A stretch of DNA of 64,000 nucleotides, taken from positions 203,717 through 267,716 of the forward strand of contig JAQUPP010000002.1 in the NCBI GenBank assembly GCA_028716665.1. The letters are read 5' to 3'. Shown piece after piece: positions 57,603-64,000 of this stretch. Origin of the DNA: Patescibacteria group bacterium. Its GTDB lineage: Bacteria; Patescibacteriota; Patescibacteriia; UBA2591; JAQUPP01. The translations under genes and the position numbers were made by a program. The notes beneath the pieces were generated by a model, which was not told the origin of the DNA, did no database searches, and was given only the letters and a program-made list of their open reading frames with translations. How positions within the stretch are numbered: position 1 is the first letter of the stretch; each line of letters begins with the position of its first letter.

Positions 57603-58649
57603 ATGGCCTTAATTTTAGTTTTAAATGCCGGCAGCACTTCTCTGAAATACAAATTATTTGATTATCAGACGCTTAAAGTTGTCAAAAAAGAATCTTTTGA
57701 AAATTTGCCGATCAGCGGTGACGCTCACTTAAGCGCTGTTGTTTCTGTTTTAAAACAAATCGGTAATTTAACCGATATTAAAATAGTTGGTCATCGAATA
57801 GTGCATGGCGGAACTGAATTTCAAAAGCCGACCTTGCTTGATGATAAAAATTTAAAAAATTTGGCCAATTACAGCAGTTTGGCTCCTCTTCATAATCCTT
57901 ATAATTTAAAAGTGGCGCAATTGGCCAGGGTTTATTTAAATGACATACCGCACGTAGGGTGTTTTGACACCGGTTTTTTTATTGACTTGCCGCTGCAGGC
58001 CAAGCTGTATGCCATTCCGCTTGAATATTACAGAAAATATAATATTCAACGTTTCGGGTTTCATGGTATTTCTCATCAATACGTAGCCAACCAAGCGGCA
58101 AAAATTTTAAAAAAGAATTTGAATAAAATAAATTTAATCACTTGCCATTTGGGCGGGGGATGCAGCATGGCGGCGATTAAAAAAGGCAAGGCGGTTGATA
58201 CCAGTATGGGTTTTACTCCGCTTGAAGGATTAGTGATGATGACACGTTCGGGTGATATTGATCCGGGTCTTATTAATTATTTTAATAAAGAATGCGGCTT
58301 ATCTATGGATCAGGTAAACGATCTGTTAAATTATGAATCCGGAATGAAAGGTTTGTTTGGAACAAGTAATTTCAGAGAAATTTTAAAAGCCGCAAAAAAG
58401 GGAAACAAAAAGGCAAAATTGGCTTTTGAAATTTTTATTTATAGAATTCAAAAATATATCAGTTCTTATTTTGGAATTCTAGGCGGCGCTGACGCGATTG
58501 TTTTCACCGGAGCAATCGGCGCGGGAGATTCTTATACTCGAAAAAATATTTGCCAAGGATTAAAATTTATCAAGTCCGCAAAAATTTTAGCCATTGAAAC
58601 CGATGAAGAATTGGCGATTGCCCAAGAGTGTCAAAAAATTCTAAAATAA
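57603..58649 (+). CDS. ackA: Acetate kinase
   Basis: 'ILVLNAGSTSLKYKLF', 'HRIVHGG', 'GFHGISHQY', 'ITCHLGGGCSM', 'DTSMGFTPLEGLVMMTRSGDIDPG'. Start set at the Met of MALIL. Confidence 0.85.
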   Translation: MALILVLNAGSTSLKYKLFDYQTLKVVKKESFENLPISGDAHLSAVVSVLKQIGNLTDIKIVGHRIVHGGTEFQKPTLLDDKNLKNLANYSSLAPLHNPYNLKVAQLARVYLNDIPHVGCFDTGFFIDLPLQAKLYAIPLEYYRKYNIQRFGFHGISHQYVANQAAKILKKNLNKINLITCHLGGGCSMAAIKKGKAVDTSMGFTPLEGLVMMTRSGDIDPGLINYFNKECGLSMDQVNDLLNYESGMKGLFGTSNFREILKAAKKGNKKAKLAFEIFIYRIQKYISSYFGILGGADAIVFTGAIGAGDSYTRKNICQGLKFIKSAKILAIETDEELAIAQECQKILK

Positions 58650-58663
58650 AAATTTAGTTTAAA

Positions 58664-58690
58664 AAATAAAAAGACTCAATTTTTTGGGTC
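58664..58690 (+). terminator. Rho-independent terminator of ackA
   Basis: AAGACTCAA-tttttt-GGGTCTTTTTTT. Confidence 0.65.
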
Positions 58691-58929
58691 TTTTTTTGTT
58701 ATTCAACCCTATCCTAATTTTGCGAATGAAAAATTTTAGGCGAGGCGCTGCGCCCAACAAGGAATGTCCCTATTCGGGACACGCGCCTCGCGAGAATTTT
58801 ATAAAATTTATTTTTAAATTTTTATTTTTAAAAAGAAAATTTGGCAAAATTAGGACGGGGTTTCGCTCTTTTTAGTCGCTCAAAGTTATCCACAATCAGG
58901 TGGTTGCCTAGTGGGAGAAAATGGATTAC

Positions 58930-58985
58930 AATTGATTCGTTGTGTAGGAAAGTGGATAAATGTGGGGATAAGCCAGTTTTTATGT
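58930..58985 (+). promoter_or_regulatory. Candidate MraZ operator: GTGGG/GTGGA/GTGGGG direct repeats with roughly 10-nt spacing upstream of mraZ
   Basis: 'aGTGGGAGaaaatggattacaattgattcgttgtgtaggaaaGTGGATaaatGTGGGGAtaag'. MraZ proteins are known to bind direct GTGG[G] repeats. Confidence 0.45.
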
Positions 58986-59195
58986 GAATAACTAATAAAT
59001 TTTGTCTCCGGACGTTAAGTCGGAGCTACAAAATTATTACCGAGCACTCAACACAGTTTATTTAAAATATTTCAAATATAATTATTATAACGAGTAATTC
59101 AGTAAAAATTTATAAATTATACTGAGTGCTCGGTACTCAAAATTATAGTTAAAAATTTTGCGTTTTGCGAACTTAAATTTTTAAATAATTTTTGT

Positions 59196-59627
59196 ATGTT
59201 TATTGGTGAATACCATTATACAATAGATGAAAAAAATAGATTGGCCGTTCCGGTCAAATTTAGAGCAAGCATTTTAAAGGGAGCAGTAGTGACTCGCGGA
59301 ATAGATGCTTGTCTTTTTTTATATCCTAAAAAAGAATGGGATAATTTAGCCGCTAAGTTGGCGGCAATGCCGATTAATAAATCCAAGACCAGAGCTTTTT
59401 CCAGATTAATGTTGGCTGGTGCGATGGAAGTGGAGCTTGATAAACAAGGAAGAATAAATTTACCTGATTATTTAAAACAATACGCGAGTATTAATAAAAA
59501 AATAGTTATTGCCGGACTTTATAATCGCTTGGAAATTTGGGATGAACAAGCTTGGGAAGAATATAAGAAAAAATCAGAAGAAGAAAGCACTGATATTGCC
59601 GAAGAGCTTGGGGGTTTAGGCGTGTAA
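59196..59627 (+). CDS. mraZ: Transcriptional regulator MraZ
   Basis: 'MFIGEYHYTIDEKNRLAVPVKFR' and the duplicated DXXXR motif. Confidence 0.9.
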   Translation: MFIGEYHYTIDEKNRLAVPVKFRASILKGAVVTRGIDACLFLYPKKEWDNLAAKLAAMPINKSKTRAFSRLMLAGAMEVELDKQGRINLPDYLKQYASINKKIVIAGLYNRLEIWDEQAWEEYKKKSEEESTDIAEELGGLGV

Positions 59628-59628
59628 T

Positions 59629-60498
59629 ATGGCACACACACCGGTACTTTTAAATGAAGTCATTGCATATCTGAATCCGCAAAAAAATAAAAATTTTATT
59701 GATTGCACGGTTGGCGGCGGGGGACATGCTTTAAAAATTTTATCTTTAACAAAACCTAATGGCAAGTTATTAGGTTTAGATTTGTCTCAAGAAGCAATTT
59801 TAAAACTTCAGCAAATAGAAGAACAGAGATTAATTTTAGTTTGCGACAATTTTGCTCATTTAAAAACAATTGTTGAACAGTATAATTTTGGTCCGATAAA
59901 CGGTATTTTAATGGATTTGGGACTTTCGTCTGATCTTTTAGAGACAAGCGGAAGGGGATTCAGTTTTGCGAAAGACGAACCATTGGACATGAGATTCAGT
60001 CCGACTACTCAAGATTTCACCGCTCAAATGATTATCCGCCAATATCCAAAAGATAAATTAACGGAAATTTTCAGGAAATTCGGCGAGGAAAAATTTTCTC
60101 GTCAAATAGCAGAGGCGATAGTCAATATCAGAAAAAAAGAAAATATTACTTCAACTGTTCAATTGGCCGGTTTGATTGAAACAACTTTGGGAAGAAGGTT
60201 TCATATCAAAAGTTTGGCCAGAGTTTTTCAAGCTTTAAGGATTGAAGTCAATAATGAATTGGAAATTTTAGAACAAACATTAAATCAGGGGATGGAGATA
60301 TTAAGTCCGGGAGGCAGATTGGCAGTGATCAGTTTTCATTCTTTAGAAGACAGGATTGTCAAATTATTTTTTAAAAAATTCAAGAAAGAGGGAATGGCGG
60401 AAATTATAACCAAGAAACCGCTTATTCCGACGGATGAAGAAATTAGAATCAACTCGCGCAGCAGAAGCGCCAAATTAAGAGTTGCAGAAAAAATATAA
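59629..60498 (+). CDS. rsmH: 16S rRNA (cytosine1402-N4)-methyltransferase RsmH/MraW
   Basis: 'HTPVLLNEV', 'DCTVGGGGH', 'LGLDLS'. Confidence 0.9.
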   Translation: MAHTPVLLNEVIAYLNPQKNKNFIDCTVGGGGHALKILSLTKPNGKLLGLDLSQEAILKLQQIEEQRLILVCDNFAHLKTIVEQYNFGPINGILMDLGLSSDLLETSGRGFSFAKDEPLDMRFSPTTQDFTAQMIIRQYPKDKLTEIFRKFGEEKFSRQIAEAIVNIRKKENITSTVQLAGLIETTLGRRFHIKSLARVFQALRIEVNNELEILEQTLNQGMEILSPGGRLAVISFHSLEDRIVKLFFKKFKKEGMAEIITKKPLIPTDEEIRINSRSRSAKLRVAEKI

Positions 60499-60519
60499 TT
60501 ATTATTTTATTTAAATTTT

Positions 60520-60849
60520 ATGACTTCTTACAAAGTAATATCACAATCTAATTTAAGACAGGAGTCAGATAAATATTTTATTTTTAATGCTGTTGGGGCA
60601 GGTATTGTTTTGTTGATGGTAATTATTTCATTGACCCAAGTTAACGCCGGTATTTTTTACAGTTTAAAAATTAAACAAGCTAATTTTAGATTAACGACTT
60701 TAAGAACTGAGAATGAGCGTTTAGCCCAAGAAGTGTCTCAGCTAAATTCTCTTGCTAATATTGATCAAAACATTTCCGTTTTAGGCATGGTTAAAACTAC
60801 TAAAATCAATTATCTTTCCCCAACAGAACAAACCCTTGCCAGACGTTAA
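60520..60849 (+). CDS. ftsL: FtsL-like cell division protein (TM helix plus coiled coil)
   Basis: Position between rsmH and ftsI, size, and one TM helix 'AGIVLLMVIISL' followed by a coiled coil. Confidence 0.55.
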   Translation: MTSYKVISQSNLRQESDKYFIFNAVGAGIVLLMVIISLTQVNAGIFYSLKIKQANFRLTTLRTENERLAQEVSQLNSLANIDQNISVLGMVKTTKINYLSPTEQTLARR

Positions 60850-60873
60850 TTATTTAATGTTTAATAAGATATT

Positions 60874-62619
60874 ATGCCCCGGCTCAAAATCTTGATAGTC
60901 GTTGTTTTTATTTGCGGATTTTTGATAATTGGCAGGCTTTTTGAGCTGCAGGTTTTGCGTCATGATTTCTATACCACTTCGGTTGAAAACAGGGGAGGGG
61001 TTAATGAAATAATTCCCGTTGAAAGAGGCAGAATCTTAATTGAAGACGGAGGCGAGACCTATCCGCTTGCCACAAATATTAATACTTATAATTTAATCGC
61101 TGTTCCGGCCAGAATTACCAATCCGGAAGAATGGCTGGAAAAAATGGCGCCTTATTTGAATTTCCATGATAATATTACCGGCGATCAAATAATTGAAGAA
61201 GGTGAAAAAACGGATGAATATAAAGCGATGATAGAGCGCCTTTCTCGCGAAAAAGATTTTTACGAATTATTAAAAAAAGAATTGACTATTAATGAAGTCA
61301 ATGCCATTAAGAAGCTAAATTTAGAAGGTATTGATTTTGAAACAATTTCTAAAAGATATTGGCCGGAAAAAAATCTTTTCAGTCATGTAGTCGGTTTTGT
61401 TTCTCCATCAGACAATAAGCCAAGCGGTCAATATGGCATAGAAGAATTTTTTAATCAAGAATTAGAAGGCGTTCCTGGCCAAATGAAGGGTGAAAAAGCG
61501 CCGGGAGGATATTTAATCAGTTCTTCTTATCAAGAAATTAAAAAAGCGGAAAAAGGGGAAGATATAGTTTTAACTCTTGACCGATCTATACAATTTTTCG
61601 CTTGCCAGTTAATACAGCAAGCGGTAAAAGATTACGGCGCGGAAAGAGGTTCTATTATTGTTGAAGATCCTGAGAGCGGAAGAATATTGGCTTTATGCAA
61701 TCAACCTGACTTTGATCCCAATCAATATTCAAAAATTAAAAATTTGGAAGTATTTAAAAATTCAGCCATTGATTATTCATATGAACCAGGTTCTATTTTT
61801 AAGGTGATCACCATGGCTGCCGCGCTTGATGCCGGAAAAGTTACTCCAGACACTTCGTACGTTGATACAGGATCTCTGACAATAGACGGACATGTTATTA
61901 AAAATGCCGCAGACAGAGTTTTTGGCAAAGCAACTATGACTAATGTTCTGGAAAGATCAATCAACACAGGAGCGGTATTTGCCGCCAAGGCCACGGGAAA
62001 AGAATCATTTAGAAATTATGTTAAGAAATTTGGTTTTGGCAGATTGACTGAAATAGAATTAAGCGGAGAGGCAAGCGGTAATATTGACAATTTGGAGCAG
62101 AAAGCGGAAATATATTTGGCCACCGCTTCATTTGGGCAAGGTATCAGTGTTACGCCGATTCAGATGATTAATGCCGTAGCTGCCATCGCCAATCAAGGTA
62201 AATTGATGAAACCTTATATTGTTGATAAAATTATTAAAAATGGTGAGACTATTCAGCGAGAACCGGTTTTTGTTCGCCAAGTTATTTCTTCATCAACCGC
62301 CGCTACTTTAACGTCAATGATGGTTTCAGTTTTGGAAAACGGCTGGCGAATAGGGGCGGGAGTGCCGGGATATTTTACGGCTGGCAAAACAGGAACTGCT
62401 CAAGTGGCCGGAACAAGCGGTAATTATTCTGAAAAAACCGTTCATTCTTTTATCGGATTTGCACCGGCAACCAATCCTAAATTCATAGCTTTGATAAAAA
62501 TTGATAATCCGGCAACAGGGCATTTTGCCGATACGACAGCCGCGCCGACTTTCGGCAAGCTATCGGAATTTATTTTAAAATATTATAATATTCCACCGGA
62601 CCGGCCAAATACAAAATAA
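60874..62619 (+). CDS. ftsI: Penicillin-binding protein (FtsI/PBP2-type transpeptidase)
   Basis: SxxK 'GSIFKVIT', SxN 'ERSINTG', KTGT 'GKTGTAQV'. Confidence 0.85.
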   Translation: MPRLKILIVVVFICGFLIIGRLFELQVLRHDFYTTSVENRGGVNEIIPVERGRILIEDGGETYPLATNINTYNLIAVPARITNPEEWLEKMAPYLNFHDNITGDQIIEEGEKTDEYKAMIERLSREKDFYELLKKELTINEVNAIKKLNLEGIDFETISKRYWPEKNLFSHVVGFVSPSDNKPSGQYGIEEFFNQELEGVPGQMKGEKAPGGYLISSSYQEIKKAEKGEDIVLTLDRSIQFFACQLIQQAVKDYGAERGSIIVEDPESGRILALCNQPDFDPNQYSKIKNLEVFKNSAIDYSYEPGSIFKVITMAAALDAGKVTPDTSYVDTGSLTIDGHVIKNAADRVFGKATMTNVLERSINTGAVFAAKATGKESFRNYVKKFGFGRLTEIELSGEASGNIDNLEQKAEIYLATASFGQGISVTPIQMINAVAAIANQGKLMKPYIVDKIIKNGETIQREPVFVRQVISSSTAATLTSMMVSVLENGWRIGAGVPGYFTAGKTGTAQVAGTSGNYSEKTVHSFIGFAPATNPKFIALIKIDNPATGHFADTTAAPTFGKLSEFILKYYNIPPDRPNTK

Positions 62620-62649
62620 TCTTCAAGTTACAAGTAGTATTTAAATAGT

Positions 62650-62728
62650 TTTTGGTTATTGGTTTTTAGTTTTTAAACTGACAACCAGACAACCATAACC
62701 ATTAACTAAAAATCATAAACCATTAATT
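62650..62728. repeat. Intergenic repeat family 2, copy 2
   Basis: 'tggttattggtttttagtttttaaactgacaaccagacaaccataaccattaactaaaaatcataaaccattaattaa'. Confidence 0.65.
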
Positions 62729-62730
62729 AA

Positions 62731-63987
62731 ATGAAAAAATTTATTCAAACATTATTAAAATTTTTTGCCAAACAGGCGATTATTAAATATAAACCGCTGA
62801 TTATTGGTATTACCGGAAGCGTCGGCAAATCGTCCACCAAGGAGGCGATTTATCAAGTTCTTAAAAATCATTTTGTCTGCCGGCGAAATTTTAAAAATTA
62901 TAATAATGAAATCGGCGTACCCTTAACAATTTTGGGTCAAGACGCGCCGGGTAAGAATTTAATCAGTTGGTTCAAAGTTTTTTTTAACAGCTTGGGAATA
63001 ATTCTTTTTTTTCAAAAGTCTTATCCTAAAATTTTAATTTTGGAAATGGCCGCTGATCATCCGAGTGATATAAAATATTTAACCAAAATTGCGCCTTGCA
63101 ATATCGGTGTTGTCACGGCTATCGGTTCTTCGCATTTGGAATTTTTCAAAAGCATAGAAAATGTGGCCAAGGAAAAACAAGAAATTATCAGTCATTTATT
63201 GCCAACTGGTTGGGCTATTTTAAATTCTGACGATGAGAGAGTAATATCGATGAAAAATAAAACAGAAGCTAAAATTTTAACTTATGGTTTGTCGGAAAAA
63301 TCAGATGTTAAGGCTATAGAAATTATTTTAGATCAGGAGTGGGAGGACGGTAAATATAAAATTGAAGGATTAAGATTTAAGGTAAACTACAAGGGATCTA
63401 TCGTACCGGTGTTTTTACCGAATATTATTGCTCGGTCTCAAGCTTATTCTGCTTTGGCGGCCATTGCGGTTGGTATTATTTTAGATCTTAATTTAATTGA
63501 AATATCTGAAGCTTTGAATGATTTTAGTCCCTTGCCCGGTCGGATGAAAGTGATAAAAGGCATTAATAATAGTTTGATTATTGATGATACGTATAATTCT
63601 TCTCCGGTTGCCGCTCAAAGCGCTTTAGAAACATTGGCTGAAATAAAAAAACAGCCGGATGCCAAGAAATGGGCTGTTTTGGGTGATATGTTGGAATTAG
63701 GCGCGGCAAGCCGCGGAGAGCATTTAAATTTAGGTAAAAATGTCGCTAAAGCAGGAATAGATTATTTGGTTTTTATTGGGAAAGAAGCTGAGACGGTTGT
63801 TGAAGCGGCTCAAGAAGCAGGATTAAATCAAGATCAAATTAAAATTTATCAAAATTCTGTTCTAGCCGGAGAGAGTATAAGTCAAGAAATTGAAGAAGGG
63901 GATATTGTTTTAATAAAAGGTTCTCGCGGCATACACATGGAGGAAATAGTGAAAAGGGTAGTGGCAAAAATCGGTGATATAGAATAA
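62731..63987 (+). CDS. murF: UDP-N-acetylmuramoyl-tripeptide--D-alanyl-D-alanine ligase
   Basis: 'GITGSVGKSSTKE', Mur ligase central and C-terminal domains, and position in the dcw cluster. Confidence 0.85.
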   Translation: MKKFIQTLLKFFAKQAIIKYKPLIIGITGSVGKSSTKEAIYQVLKNHFVCRRNFKNYNNEIGVPLTILGQDAPGKNLISWFKVFFNSLGIILFFQKSYPKILILEMAADHPSDIKYLTKIAPCNIGVVTAIGSSHLEFFKSIENVAKEKQEIISHLLPTGWAILNSDDERVISMKNKTEAKILTYGLSEKSDVKAIEIILDQEWEDGKYKIEGLRFKVNYKGSIVPVFLPNIIARSQAYSALAAIAVGIILDLNLIEISEALNDFSPLPGRMKVIKGINNSLIIDDTYNSSPVAAQSALETLAEIKKQPDAKKWAVLGDMLELGAASRGEHLNLGKNVAKAGIDYLVFIGKEAETVVEAAQEAGLNQDQIKIYQNSVLAGESISQEIEEGDIVLIKGSRGIHMEEIVKRVVAKIGDIE

Positions 63988-64000
63988 GTTGATAAGTAAA

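Overview
This window is AT-rich and gene-dense, with mostly short genes on the + strand. It looks like a small-genome bacterium of the CPR/Patescibacteria type, but that is my inference from codon usage and gene content. I recognise the housekeeping genes directly from motifs: xseA/xseB, a NUDIX hydrolase, nadE, cspA, mnmA (minus strand), tatD, a UvrD-type helicase fused to a nuclease, pheS, a PfkB kinase, pduL, ackA, rmuC, and the start of the dcw cluster (mraZ-rsmH-ftsL-ftsI-murF). Promoters throughout follow an unusually clean TTGACA-17-TGnTATAAT pattern and are often paired with strong AGGAGG ribosome-binding sites. Beyond the housekeeping genes, eight things stand out. (1) A tightly packed operon at 204-6630 (with a further zinc-ribbon gene to 7525) encodes a divergent Hsp70 flanked by a possible membrane-anchored GrpE-like protein, a J-like protein whose HPD motif reads TPD, a membrane coiled-coil protein and a classic AAA+ ATPase. 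I think this is the best candidate for an undescribed dedicated chaperone, remodelling or defense-like system. (2) It is followed at 7649-10957 by a visibly more AT-rich block of four orphan genes, including an Rx4H (HEPN-like) protein and an RNase H-like protein with a zinc ribbon. (3) A family of roughly 160-240 bp miniature inverted-repeat elements with GGGGGTTGAC termini carries outward-facing consensus promoters, with four full copies and several solo promoter modules. (4) A cohesin/dockerin-like surface protein pair shares a roughly 88-aa Ig-like repeat, and one member is a 1125-aa protein with about ten repeats and a poly-Gly tract. (5) XseA carries an N-terminal HRDC domain. (6) Phenylalanyl-tRNA synthetase is rearranged: a stand-alone PheT N-terminal tRNA-binding domain is followed by PheS fused to the PheT C-terminal anticodon-binding domain, which is the monomeric, mitochondrial-like architecture. 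(7) A UvrD-type helicase is fused to a Cas4/AddB-like Fe-S nuclease. (8) Several repeat and palindrome structures occur: 67-bp direct repeats flanking xseAB, a second intergenic repeat family, a palindrome cluster after tatD, and MraZ-box-like GTGG repeats upstream of mraZ. I see no CRISPR array and cannot support any rRNA or tRNA gene.
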